A stretch of DNA of 64,000 bases from a virus: the IMG/VR virus record IMGVR_UViG_3300020536_000010, positions 1-64,000 of that record; one strand, given 5' to 3'. This document shows positions 27,018 through 37,461 of the stretch, in pieces (positions within the stretch are counted from its first letter, which is position 1; every line of letters begins with the position of its first letter). The notes beneath the pieces are model-generated. The model saw only the letters and a list, made by a program, of their open reading frames with translations, was not told the origin of the DNA and did not search any database. A program made the position numbers and the translations under genes.

Positions 27018-27685
27018 TGAAAACAGCAATAGTTACTGGTGCAAGCAAAGGCGTAGGTTATGCGACTGTAAAGCTTTTATCGGAAAATGGATATAGGGTT
27101 ATAGCTGTTTCAAGAGACCTATCCAAGATTTCTAATCTGGAATCTGGCAATGTTGAAATATACAAATTAGACATAACAAGAAAAGACGAAATACTGGCAT
27201 TTGCTGAGAAGTATAAAAATATTTCTCTAGATCTTCTTGTTAACAATGCAGGTGGTGGTTCTGGACCAACCAAAATTATTAATGAAACAATGGAAAATTT
27301 TAGAATAGCATATGATATTAATGTTGCTGGGCCAATGTATTTATCCCAACTTTTTGTTCCCTGCCTTCAAAAATCAGAGTCTCCAACAATAATCTTTGTG
27401 ACATCTTTGTCTGGCAAGATTCCATATAGGAATGGCGGTAATTATACTAACGCAAAAAGAGGAGAAATGGCATTAGTTGATACAATGAGGATGGAGTTTC
27501 CAGAATATGGGATTAAGATTACAGAAATATGTCCTGGCACCATAGATACCCAAATTGAGAAAAAGAATCATGCCTTAACTGCAGAAGATATGGCAGAGGC
27601 TATTCGCTGGGTAGCCTCATTGCCAAAACATTTTAATGTAAATCATCTAGAAGTTAGCCATATTTTAAATAGTAAGTATATGTAG
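27017..27685 (+). CDS. short-chain dehydrogenase/reductase (YdfG-like)
   Basis: TGASKGVG, NNAG, YTNAK (YxxxK), ICPG. Confidence 0.9.
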   Translation: MKTAIVTGASKGVGYATVKLLSENGYRVIAVSRDLSKISNLESGNVEIYKLDITRKDEILAFAEKYKNISLDLLVNNAGGGSGPTKIINETMENFRIAYDINVAGPMYLSQLFVPCLQKSESPTIIFVTSLSGKIPYRNGGNYTNAKRGEMALVDTMRMEFPEYGIKITEICPGTIDTQIEKKNHALTAEDMAEAIRWVASLPKHFNVNHLEVSHILNSKYM

Positions 27686-27716
27686 GCTACTTGTGGTAAA
27701 CTATAGGTGGTGATTT

Positions 27717-30700
27717 ATGTCTACTCCATCTAGTTTGTATGCCGAAAAAATTTTTTCTGAGCATCCAATAGCGTTCTGGCCCCTTGACGACAAGGCAGAT
27801 TATGTGTCGCTTATATCCGAAACAAATAGAGATTTGCGTTTATGGGATACAGACAACGGAACTGTCGAAAACATTACTTCTATATTAGACGAACCATTTT
27901 CAGATAGTTTTGTGTCTAGAGTTTCGGCATCATCAGCAACTGGAGATAATTTTTTTGTTTCTGCAGTTAGCCCAAATTTAATAAATTTTAATGTTTTAAA
28001 TGAAGATCTTTCTACTTTTGCTATAGGTGCATTTGTTTATACTAGCAGCTCTTATATTTCTGGATTTGAAATTGGATATCAATATTTTGATGAATCTAGC
28101 GGAGAGTTGGTAGAAAAAACAAAATTTTATTCAACTGAAATAGTTAATAATTGGATTTTTATTTCAGAAACATTCAATATGCCAACAGACAATGTTTCAG
28201 CTAGGCTAGTAATTAAGGCTAAATTTTTTAATGGCGATAGTCTTTCAAACTATAAATTTTTAGTTAATGGTATATCTTTTGGACAATGGTCTGAAGAGTT
28301 CAATGCCTCATCTTTAGGAATTACTCCAGTAGAATTGCCATCAAACATATTCAATGCTGAAAATATTTTTGGAATTGAGGCAAAAGCCTATGGGTTGCAG
28401 GACCTTGACGGCTATTATTTAGTTAGAAAAAATGCATTATCTGCTAAAAATTCTGGAATCCCCATGGTTTTTGGGGCCTCAAATAGTACTATAATTCAAC
28501 AAAGTGGTGGAGCAATTCCATCATTAATAATTCCTGGTCAAGGATTTTTAAATAATTCTGGCAAATATAAGGATTACACTTTTGAGTTTTGGACTAGAAT
28601 TAATTGTAACTCAGTAGTAGAAAAAAGAATTTTTGGAAATATACGTGGAACAGATGGAGTTTATGTTCAGGGATCAACAATAATACTAAAGGTTGGAGAT
28701 TACCTAATTAGGCACTATGTTGGAGAATGGTATAGGCCAATGCTAATTCAGATTAGGTATTCTACATCTTCGATTAGTTTATTTATTAATGGAGAACAGG
28801 TAGGTGAAACACTTATAAATGTTGATAATGTAGATTTCCCAGAAAAAAACCAAACAGCAGGAAGCATCATTTTAGATAATGATTGGCTAGGATTTTGGTC
28901 ATATGACGATGTGGCCCCAATCGAGATTGATGGCATAGCTATTTATGGATATAGGGTTCCACTTCAGGTAGCTAAAAGAAGATTTGTTTATGGCCAAGGG
29001 GTTGAGTTTCCAGAAAATATTAATAATGCTTATAGTGGAAGTTCCGTCTTTATTGACTATCCATTTTCTAAGTATGCCAAAAACTATCAATATCCATCAT
29101 TAGGGAAGTGGGTTCAGGGTGCCTATGACAACTTGGCTATTAATGGAAATGCGATTGAATTTCCACAATACTCTGCCCCAGAAGCGAAGTTTAGCAATAA
29201 AACAAGCTCTGAGTGGATTATAGATTTGGAAAATGCACAAAATGAAATTAATGATAACTTTATTAAGTTTAGGCCAAATAGTAGTTGGGATTCAACCAAT
29301 GGCCAGCTATTTTTTGAAAATTTTAATTTAGCTAATGAGCAGCTAAAAGCTTTTTATATTATTTGTAAAGAGATTTCAACGCCAACTACAGAACAAACGC
29401 TGATTGCAATTGAGAATAGGGCAACTGGAAATGTTTTCGAAATAACCCTAGACAGTGATAGCATTAACTATAAGTTGTGGGAAAATGGAAACTATTCATT
29501 ATTATTATCAAAATCTAGACAATACTTAAATGGTGTTGGGGAAAAAGCAGTTATTGGAATAGATCTCCAAAAATTCTCCAGCTACTACGGTGAAAAGATC
29601 GCAGACTTTTTTGGAAAACTAACCACAATGTCTATTTACGTTGGCTCAACTAAAAATTTATCAAATACATTTTTAGGTAATATATATGAAATTGGTTTTT
29701 GTTCATTAAAGAATTTATCTAAAATTTCTTCTATTTTTGCTGCCGATGGCCTAAGCTTTGCTGACACATTCATTGACGGCTCTGAGCTATATACAAATAC
29801 GGCAGATGCTGGAGAAGACGTTCAAGAGTCTGCTATTTTTCAATTCTTATATGACGGTGGAACTCTTGGCCAATACTCATATTCTATTTTAGAAAATCAC
29901 ATACCTAGCTACGGAGTAATTGCAGGAGAAGATTTATCTGGATTTGGGATATTGGTTGAGGCAGACTCATCTTGGCAAGATCAAATCCCTCTATCATTTT
30001 TTGCTAAAGAAACTACTGATTCACGTGGAGACTCAAGGCTTGATCTAGATTTTATCCAATTTAATATTAATTATCCAGCACCATCTATTTTTGTTCAGGA
30101 AACAGAAGAGGGTTCGTGGACATATGCAGAGCTACAGTCTGAATATGCCAATCCAATACAAAGAACCTATGATTCTTTAGATAATCAGCTTTTTACTGGT
30201 TTTCAAAATTATGAAGATTTAAAAAATAAATCTGTAAGCACCTATAAATACGACACCCTAAATTCTATAGTAAAAACATACATAACATTTCAATTGCTTG
30301 AAAATGGGGCTAATAGATCACTATCTACATTTACAAATACAGAGCTTGCACCTAAAAATGGAATTGTTGTACCTGGGTCAAACTGGATAAACACAAAGTA
30401 TGAGGTTGTTGATAATATGATAATTTATCCACCCCAGTCAATTTCCTTTAATAATCTTGCTATTGTTACTCATATTGAAATATCTTCTAGAAATATTAAA
30501 AATACTCCAATTTCTATTAAGTCCCTAGAGTATGCATCCATGGCACTTTCTGACACCATGCCAACATCCATTGGGACTAGATTTGGTAATGACATTTATC
30601 CATATAGAAAAGAAGGGTTCTATCTTACATATAAAAAACAAAATCCATTCTCTATTTATAAGGGAAGCACTCCCTATTTATATTTAACTAGAAATAGTGG

Positions 30701-31421
30701 AATAACCATAAGGGGCGGATATGACCCATTGATAAATAGGGGTATTTCCATACCACTAAATAATTCAAAATCAGATAATTTTAAAGTTATAGCAATGCAA
30801 ATGGCATTAAGGTTTGACGAAGACTTTTTTCCATATGGGGCAATGCAGCTTTTCGAGATTCAGAGTAAAAACTCTTACATTCGTGTATATGCTGCTGCAA
30901 GTGATCCATCTGGAAAACGTGCAAAACTATACGCTATTAATTCTAGGGGAGAGTTAGAAAATGGAATAGCGTTTTACCTAAATGGAAAAATTGTAAAGGA
31001 TCCAGTTTTAACCATAAAGGAGTGGGCAATGCTTGGTATAAGATTTGCAAATATTCAAGAATTTTCTAATTTTGCTGGGGCACTTAGGCTAACCGCACCA
31101 CTGACATATAATAATATTTCTTATTACAAATCAACTAATCTTCAAGAGGTTCAAAATGAGATTACAAGGCCTTGGTTTAAGGTTAAAAACCTTGGCTCAT
31201 TAACTCTAGATTGGGGCTTCTGGCCATCATATCTTTGGGATGGCGTTTTGTTTATAGCAAAAACTAGCTATTATGGAGTAGACCCATCAGACATATATAA
31301 GATATATACAGGAACAAATAAAATAATTATTGATGATGAAATAGAGTCTGTGTTTGGAGATTACCAATATTCAGTCAAAGAAAACATAGAGTGGCGTTCT
31401 CAGGTATACCAGGCAGTATAA
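27717..31421 (+). CDS. large virion protein with LamG/concanavalin-like segments
   Basis: PIAFWPLDD; TFEFW...LFINGEQV...IDGIAIY. Confidence 0.6.
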   Translation: MSTPSSLYAEKIFSEHPIAFWPLDDKADYVSLISETNRDLRLWDTDNGTVENITSILDEPFSDSFVSRVSASSATGDNFFVSAVSPNLINFNVLNEDLSTFAIGAFVYTSSSYISGFEIGYQYFDESSGELVEKTKFYSTEIVNNWIFISETFNMPTDNVSARLVIKAKFFNGDSLSNYKFLVNGISFGQWSEEFNASSLGITPVELPSNIFNAENIFGIEAKAYGLQDLDGYYLVRKNALSAKNSGIPMVFGASNSTIIQQSGGAIPSLIIPGQGFLNNSGKYKDYTFEFWTRINCNSVVEKRIFGNIRGTDGVYVQGSTIILKVGDYLIRHYVGEWYRPMLIQIRYSTSSISLFINGEQVGETLINVDNVDFPEKNQTAGSIILDNDWLGFWSYDDVAPIEIDGIAIYGYRVPLQVAKRRFVYGQGVEFPENINNAYSGSSVFIDYPFSKYAKNYQYPSLGKWVQGAYDNLAINGNAIEFPQYSAPEAKFSNKTSSEWIIDLENAQNEINDNFIKFRPNSSWDSTNGQLFFENFNLANEQLKAFYIICKEISTPTTEQTLIAIENRATGNVFEITLDSDSINYKLWENGNYSLLLSKSRQYLNGVGEKAVIGIDLQKFSSYYGEKIADFFGKLTTMSIYVGSTKNLSNTFLGNIYEIGFCSLKNLSKISSIFAADGLSFADTFIDGSELYTNTADAGEDVQESAIFQFLYDGGTLGQYSYSILENHIPSYGVIAGEDLSGFGILVEADSSWQDQIPLSFFAKETTDSRGDSRLDLDFIQFNINYPAPSIFVQETEEGSWTYAELQSEYANPIQRTYDSLDNQLFTGFQNYEDLKNKSVSTYKYDTLNSIVKTYITFQLLENGANRSLSTFTNTELAPKNGIVVPGSNWINTKYEVVDNMIIYPPQSISFNNLAIVTHIEISSRNIKNTPISIKSLEYASMALSDTMPTSIGTRFGNDIYPYRKEGFYLTYKKQNPFSIYKGSTPYLYLTRNSGITIRGGYDPLINRGISIPLNNSKSDNFKVIAMQMALRFDEDFFPYGAMQLFEIQSKNSYIRVYAAASDPSGKRAKLYAINSRGELENGIAFYLNGKIVKDPVLTIKEWAMLGIRFANIQEFSNFAGALRLTAPLTYNNISYYKSTNLQEVQNEITRPWFKVKNLGSLTLDWGFWPSYLWDGVLFIAKTSYYGVDPSDIYKIYTGTNKIIIDDEIESVFGDYQYSVKENIEWRSQVYQAV

Positions 31422-31439
31422 TATGGTATACTTATGGTT

Positions 31440-31808
31440 ATGAAAAAGCAAAATCCTAATCAAATTGGTAAGTCTAAGATCACAGTTTTAGATAAAAACT
31501 ACGATTGGGGTATATATGTTTGGCAGAGAGAAAACGGAAAGTGGTTTACGGATGGTCAGGGAAACATCCTAAACATTCCGTCCCATAGGGGAGATGAGAT
31601 ACAGCTGCATAAGCTACGCCAAGCTGCAGCTTATCATGGCGAGCCTAATGGCAAGCCAGTATTTTTTGCTGGGATGGGCCGTGTATCGGATGAAGAGTAT
31701 TCTGAGCAAATAGACAGAATGAAAAGCGGCCTAATCCCAAATCTTAATGACCTTGGTGCAGTGGCAGCAGCCAAAAAGACCATTGAAATGTACGGAGACG
31801 AAGAATAA
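31440..31808 (+). CDS. hypothetical protein upstream of portal
   Basis: Leaderless TGGTATACT promoter; coupled to portal. Confidence 0.7.
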   Translation: MKKQNPNQIGKSKITVLDKNYDWGIYVWQRENGKWFTDGQGNILNIPSHRGDEIQLHKLRQAAAYHGEPNGKPVFFAGMGRVSDEEYSEQIDRMKSGLIPNLNDLGAVAAAKKTIEMYGDEE

Positions 31809-33436
31809 TGTCAGAAGAGCTTTATATTAGAGATCTTGGCCTGCCAGATACAGAAAAAGAAAATAATGTTTTTAAGGAACAGGATCCATTTAATAAGTCT
31901 TGGGATGAACTTAAGGGCTTGTCTGGCTTAGATAAAAATTTTAAACGTAGGTCAGATAGAATGGCCAAGGCCTATGACATACAGGTGCCAAAAAATATTA
32001 ACACAACATCGCCAGCCTATCTGGATAGTGCCCTTGCAATTAGTTCTGGAACAGACGGTGCGTCATCAAAAGAGATTAATCCAGGAAGCGTATATCGTAA
32101 CGGATACGGCATGTTTGATGTTATTACCCCACCATGGAACCTATACGAGCTAGCTAACTTTTATGACACATCATTTGCCAACCACGCAGCCATTGATGCA
32201 AAGGTAGAAAATACTGTTGGTCTTGGATATGACTTCCATGTCTCTGATAGAACAATGATGGCTTTAGAATCAAATGATAATGATTCAGCAAGAGACAAGG
32301 CACGTAGACGCATTGAAAGAATGAAGATAGAGATGCGTGATTGGCTAGAGAATCTCAATGACGAAGAATCATTTACAAACCTTATGATGAAGGTGCTGAC
32401 TGACTATGAGTCAACTGGCAACGGATATCTTGAGATTGGTAGAACGGTACGTGGAGAGATTGGATATATTGGTCATATTCCAGCTACCACAATTCGTGTT
32501 CGTAGGCTTAAAGATGGTTTTGTTCAGGTTATTGGACATAAGGTTGTATATTTTAGAAATTTTGGAGCATCAAATCCAAATCCAATTACTGGAGATCCAA
32601 GACCAAATGAGATCATTCACTTTAAGCAATATTCTCCGCTAAATACTTACTATGGTATTCCAGACATTATGTCTGCCGTCTCTTCTTTACACGGAGATCA
32701 GCTTGCATCGCAATACAATATTGACTACTTTAGCAACAAGGCTGTTCCACGCTATGTGGTTACTCTTAAAGGTGCAAAACTATCCTCTGAGGCAGAAGAC
32801 AAACTATTCAGATTCTTACAAACAAATCTAAAGGGGCAAAGCCATAGAACACTGTACATTCCACTGCCAGGAGATACCGAACAAAACAAAGTTGAGTTTA
32901 AGATGGAACCCATTGAGAATGGTGTCCAGGAAGCTTCATTTAACGAATACAGACTACGAAATCGTGATGATATCCTAATTGCACACCAAGTTCCACTTTC
33001 AAAGATTGGAGGCTCCGATGCCTCTAATATTGCAGCCTCTCTTTCTCAGGATAGAACATTTAAGGAGCAGGTAGCAAGACCACTACAAAGAACCATTGAG
33101 AAGCTAGTAAACAGAATTGTTAAGGAAAAGACTGACATTTTAGAGCTAAAGTTCAATGAGTTAACTTTGACAGACGAGATAGCCCAGTCTCAAATTTTGG
33201 AAAGATATGTAAAGACGCAGATTATGGTTCCAAATGAGGCCAGGGAGGTCCTTGGTCTGCCACAAAGGCCAGATGGCGACAGCCCCTTTGTAATGTCACC
33301 AAGACAAGCTACAGACGCTAGAGCAAATTTGGCTGGCAATAGGCAAAGAGATGCCGAAAGAACAAATAATGCGTCAGATAGCCCAGCTACTATATCAGGA
33401 AGGAACGCTCAGGGCGAAGGCCCGTCATCAGAATAA
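31808..33436 (+). CDS. portal protein
   Basis: TGNGYLEI.R, EIIHFK, YYGIPDI, YFSNKAVP, HQVP, PNEAREVLGL. Confidence 0.9.
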   Translation: MSEELYIRDLGLPDTEKENNVFKEQDPFNKSWDELKGLSGLDKNFKRRSDRMAKAYDIQVPKNINTTSPAYLDSALAISSGTDGASSKEINPGSVYRNGYGMFDVITPPWNLYELANFYDTSFANHAAIDAKVENTVGLGYDFHVSDRTMMALESNDNDSARDKARRRIERMKIEMRDWLENLNDEESFTNLMMKVLTDYESTGNGYLEIGRTVRGEIGYIGHIPATTIRVRRLKDGFVQVIGHKVVYFRNFGASNPNPITGDPRPNEIIHFKQYSPLNTYYGIPDIMSAVSSLHGDQLASQYNIDYFSNKAVPRYVVTLKGAKLSSEAEDKLFRFLQTNLKGQSHRTLYIPLPGDTEQNKVEFKMEPIENGVQEASFNEYRLRNRDDILIAHQVPLSKIGGSDASNIAASLSQDRTFKEQVARPLQRTIEKLVNRIVKEKTDILELKFNELTLTDEIAQSQILERYVKTQIMVPNEAREVLGLPQRPDGDSPFVMSPRQATDARANLAGNRQRDAERTNNASDSPATISGRNAQGEGPSSE

Positions 33437-33499
33437 AAACTGCTATAATGGTATGTTGTTTATAACAATTTGATAAAAAAGCGATATAATTAGAATACA

Positions 33500-34843
33500 A
33501 TGACTATATCTAAAGCACAGTGGGATATGGATGGAGACAACGTTCGTTTGTCTATGCCATTCAGCAAGGTTGATCAGGAGCGTAGAATCGTTTCTGGATT
33601 TGCCACACTTGACAATGTAGACAAGCAGGCAGACATAGTAACCACAGAAGCTTCTCTCAAGGCATTTGCCAAGTTCCGTGGCAACATTCGTGAAATGCAC
33701 CAACCAATCTCTGTTGGCAAGATGGTTAATTTTAAAGAAGACAGATACTTTGATCCAGAAAGCAAGAAGTTCTATTCTGGCGTTTTTGTATCTGCATATA
33801 TTTCTAAGGGTGCACAAAACACCTGGGAAAAAGTTTTGGATGGGACACTTTCTGGTTTTTCCATTGGCGGAAAGATGAATAAGTACGATGATATGTATGA
33901 TGAAAAAATGGAAAAGACTATTCGCATAATCAAAGACTATGATCTAATTGAGCTATCTTTGGTAGACAATCCAGCAAATCAGTTTGCAAACATTCTGTCT
34001 GTTGAAAAGGTGAATGGCGTAGATATGATCAAGGGGGAAAACCTTGACGTTGAGTTTGAGAATGTTTTCTGGGATAGAGAAAACGGTATCGTAAAGGTAT
34101 CATCAGAAGAATCAGAAGAGAGTCCAATTAATGGAACTCTAATGAAAAATATAGGTTTCGTTGAAAAAAATGACAGCGAAAAATCAGAAATGATAAAATT
34201 CTTAGTTGATAGTGCTAAAGGCATTAATACTTCTAAGATGAAAAAGGAGGAAGATCCTATGAATGAAACAACTGAAAACATTGTTGAAAAGAACGATGAT
34301 GTAGTTGAAGAAGCACAGGTCGCTCCAGAGGCAGATGCCGAAACCACAGCTGACGTAGAGAAAGCCTATTCTGAAGAAGACAAGGACAAGGAAGAAAAGT
34401 CCATGGACGAAGAGGAAAAGAAGGCTGACGACATGAAGGAAGACGAAGAAGAAACAATGAAGTCTGAAGACATGGAAGAAGCAGCTAAGGAAGAAGTATC
34501 AAAGTCAGACGAAGTTATTGCTACTGCAGTAGCTGACATTAAAGACACTCTTACATCAGCCTTTAGCGATCTAGCTGAAACTGTTAAGTCTTTGCACGAA
34601 CAGGTTTCAGAACTAAACAAATCTCTTGGCATCGTCAAGGGAGAGCTATCTTCTGTAAAGGGAGAGCTTTCTCAGGCCAAGTCAGAATTTGACAATTTTG
34701 GAAAGCGAGTAGATGCTGTGGAAGCCGATACCGCTTTTCGTAAGTCTGGCGATCTAGGCGAGATCGTACAGGTTCAACCAGAAAAGGTTGAAAAATCCCT
34801 ATGGGGCGGACGTTTCCTCAAAACTGCCGACTTATTTAAATAA
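33500..34843 (+). CDS. prohead protease with acidic scaffold-like C-terminus
   Basis: IVSGFAT, REMHQ, LSGFSIGG, ELSLVDNPAN. Confidence 0.9.
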   Translation: MTISKAQWDMDGDNVRLSMPFSKVDQERRIVSGFATLDNVDKQADIVTTEASLKAFAKFRGNIREMHQPISVGKMVNFKEDRYFDPESKKFYSGVFVSAYISKGAQNTWEKVLDGTLSGFSIGGKMNKYDDMYDEKMEKTIRIIKDYDLIELSLVDNPANQFANILSVEKVNGVDMIKGENLDVEFENVFWDRENGIVKVSSEESEESPINGTLMKNIGFVEKNDSEKSEMIKFLVDSAKGINTSKMKKEEDPMNETTENIVEKNDDVVEEAQVAPEADAETTADVEKAYSEEDKDKEEKSMDEEEKKADDMKEDEEETMKSEDMEEAAKEEVSKSDEVIATAVADIKDTLTSAFSDLAETVKSLHEQVSELNKSLGIVKGELSSVKGELSQAKSEFDNFGKRVDAVEADTAFRKSGDLGEIVQVQPEKVEKSLWGGRFLKTADLFK

Positions 34844-34870
34844 GACAAAAATCACTTAGGAGGTGACAAT

Positions 34871-36001
34871 ATGTCGGAAGAGATTATTAAGAATCAGCCA
34901 GGTGAGTCTGGTGAACTAGGTGGCACTGCTCCTGGTACTTTCCAAGGTCAGGGTGCATTTGCATCTGGTGGTATTGGTGGAGTAACAGATCCAGGTCCCA
35001 ACACACTGGGTAACATTCCTAACGCTGAATATGGTCTAACAACTGGACCAAACGCCGTAAATCCTTCGGGTGATGCAGGCAGTGGTATTCTACGCCCTGA
35101 ACAGGCACGTAGGTTTATTGACTACGTATGGGATGCAACTGTACTCGCCAAGGATGGTCGCCGTGTAACTATGCGAGCTAACACCATGGAACTTGAGAAG
35201 GTTAACGTTGGTGAGCGTGTAATTCGTGCTGCAGCCCAGGCTGTAGGTAACTACGAAAACACTGGTGCTCAGTTCTCTAAGGTTGAGCTATCAACCAAGA
35301 AGATCCGTCTTGACTGGGAAGTCTCAGCTGAGGCTCTTGAAGACGGTATTGAGGGGGCTGCACTAGAAGATCACCTAGTTCGTTTGATGACAAATGCATT
35401 TGCAAATGACATTGAAGACCTAGCAATCAATGGTACAGGCACTGGCTCAGACGCATTCCTTTCAATTATGAACGGTTTCGTCAACAAGGTAAAGACCAAC
35501 GGAGATGCTCACGAGGCTGTAGTAACAGTCGCTGACAACGCATGGACACCAGAGGTTATGCAGGAAATTATTCTTGCTATGCCACGTAAGTACCGTGCAA
35601 TCAAGTCAAACCTGAAGTTCTACGCAGGTACTGACGCATTCCAGGGTATCGTTAAGAACAACGGTACACTATCTGACGCAATTGCTGAGGCTCTTGGAAA
35701 GAATGGTAACACCCAGGCTAATACCCAGGCTTACCTAGATGGACAGGGCCAGACATTTGGTGGTGCTCGCACTACCCGTGTTCTAGGAATTGACGTTCAG
35801 GAAGTTCCTTACTACCCAGATGGTTACATTGACCTCACATTCCCAGCCAACCGTGTTTGGGGATTCCAGAGAGACATCACTGTAAACCGCATGTACCAGC
35901 CAAAGAAGGACACAATTGAATACACAGTATTCGTTCGTTTTGGTGTACAGTGGGAAGAAGAGGACGCTATTGCGTTCGCTGACGCAGCTGCTGACAGCTA
36001 A
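34871..36001 (+). CDS. major capsid protein (HK97 fold)
   Basis: GILRPEQARRFID, LEDGIEG, EDLAING; position; strong RBS and terminator. Confidence 0.9.
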   Translation: MSEEIIKNQPGESGELGGTAPGTFQGQGAFASGGIGGVTDPGPNTLGNIPNAEYGLTTGPNAVNPSGDAGSGILRPEQARRFIDYVWDATVLAKDGRRVTMRANTMELEKVNVGERVIRAAAQAVGNYENTGAQFSKVELSTKKIRLDWEVSAEALEDGIEGAALEDHLVRLMTNAFANDIEDLAINGTGTGSDAFLSIMNGFVNKVKTNGDAHEAVVTVADNAWTPEVMQEIILAMPRKYRAIKSNLKFYAGTDAFQGIVKNNGTLSDAIAEALGKNGNTQANTQAYLDGQGQTFGGARTTRVLGIDVQEVPYYPDGYIDLTFPANRVWGFQRDITVNRMYQPKKDTIEYTVFVRFGVQWEEEDAIAFADAAADS

Positions 36002-36017
36002 AATATAGAAACAAATT

Positions 36018-36052
36018 GAGGGGGCAGGGGCATCTAGCTCCTGCCCTCTTAT
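36018..36052 (+). terminator. terminator after capsid gene
   Basis: GGGGCAGGGGC-atcta-GCTCCTGCCCT then T-rich. Confidence 0.7.
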
Positions 36053-36093
36053 TCATTAATCTGTTATAATTAAAGTAAATATAGGGAGAATAT

Positions 36094-36582
36094 ATGTCAG
36101 AAGAAAACAAGGATGAAGAAATTATTCCTGCTGTACTGGAGCCAGGAGAGCCTCTTATCTCAAAAGAAACAGCCGAATCATTCCAGGCATTCATTGATGA
36201 AAGCTTGACTGAGAAATATGCTGAGGCAGTTAAAGAAGCAGAAAAGGCAGCTGAGACAGTTGCAGAGCCAGAAAATGTAATTACCAATAAGGTTCAAAAT
36301 CCTGTAGTTGGTGATGGCACTGTTCAAGGAATTACCGCTGTTGAAAATGGAGTTATTGGTACTGGTAAAGTAGCCAAGAAGCCAAAGGCTTCGGCAAAGA
36401 AGGAAGAGACTAAAGTTGAAAAGGTTGCTATTCACTCAACCAAAAATGTAACTTGGAGTGGGGTTGGAAAGGTTTATAGGGGTTATAACTTGGTAACTCC
36501 AGAGCAGGCAGAAAAGTGGCTTACTCGTAATCACACAAGACTTGCAACACCACAAGAAGTTGCTCAGGAGTTTAACAAATAA
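36094..36582 (+). CDS. hypothetical head-associated protein
   Basis: Own TGTTATAAT promoter and RBS. Confidence 0.65.
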   Translation: MSEENKDEEIIPAVLEPGEPLISKETAESFQAFIDESLTEKYAEAVKEAEKAAETVAEPENVITNKVQNPVVGDGTVQGITAVENGVIGTGKVAKKPKASAKKEETKVEKVAIHSTKNVTWSGVGKVYRGYNLVTPEQAEKWLTRNHTRLATPQEVAQEFNK

Positions 36583-37461
36583 ATGGAAATATTGAGGGTT
36601 CCGCCATACGAGACTGATGTAACAATTACTGTTAGTGCTCCAAGCACTGAGTACGAGTACACCATTTTAGATATGGCGGATTCTTCAATAACTAATGGAG
36701 AAGCCACCTCTAATTTATCTTCAAAAATAACAATATCTTTACCAGCATTTTATGATAATACATACACAATATCTATCAATGATGACGAGTATATTATAGA
36801 TGTAGTTAGGCCGTATGTTGATCCAAATACAAAAGGAGAGACGGCAACTGATGTCGAAGAGTATAGGAAAAACGAAGAGCTTGCTAGAGCGATTATTGAT
36901 TCAATAATTGAAGACGGATTCTATTATAAAAAGAAATCCTATTCTATAACTGGCCTTGGTGCAGATATTTTGCCAGTATGGGGAGATATCAAAAAACTCT
37001 TAAAGCTATATGAAAATAATGTTCTGATCTTTGATGCAAATAACCCAAATGATTATTTAATTCATTATGAAGTTGCCAAGGGTGGTTTGGGCATTCAGGA
37101 AAAAACAACAGAAATAATAAATAGAAACGAGTCTGCACCTACACTTCTTCCTGCAGCAGGCTCAGACATGCTGGATTTAAATTTTGTTTATAGAGGATTT
37201 CCAAGAAGCTTTGATTATCTTGTTGTTGGGGAGTTTGGATATAAAAAGATTCCATCAGATATTGTTAGAGCAACAGAGTTGCTTGTAGAAGACATTTCTT
37301 GTGGAAGATTAGACTACTATAAGAGATACATATCTGACTACAACACAGATCAGTTTAAGATCAAGTTTGATGCTGGCGTTTTTGACGGGACGGGGAATAT
37401 TCTGGTAGACAAGATACTTTCAAAGTATCGCAGGCCTATTAAGACATTGGGAGTTTTGTAA
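36583..37461 (+). CDS. head-tail adaptor
   Basis: ARAIIDS...GEFGY..IPSDIVRAT; synteny. Confidence 0.65.
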   Translation: MEILRVPPYETDVTITVSAPSTEYEYTILDMADSSITNGEATSNLSSKITISLPAFYDNTYTISINDDEYIIDVVRPYVDPNTKGETATDVEEYRKNEELARAIIDSIIEDGFYYKKKSYSITGLGADILPVWGDIKKLLKLYENNVLIFDANNPNDYLIHYEVAKGGLGIQEKTTEIINRNESAPTLLPAAGSDMLDLNFVYRGFPRSFDYLVVGEFGYKKIPSDIVRATELLVEDISCGRLDYYKRYISDYNTDQFKIKFDAGVFDGTGNILVDKILSKYRRPIKTLGVL

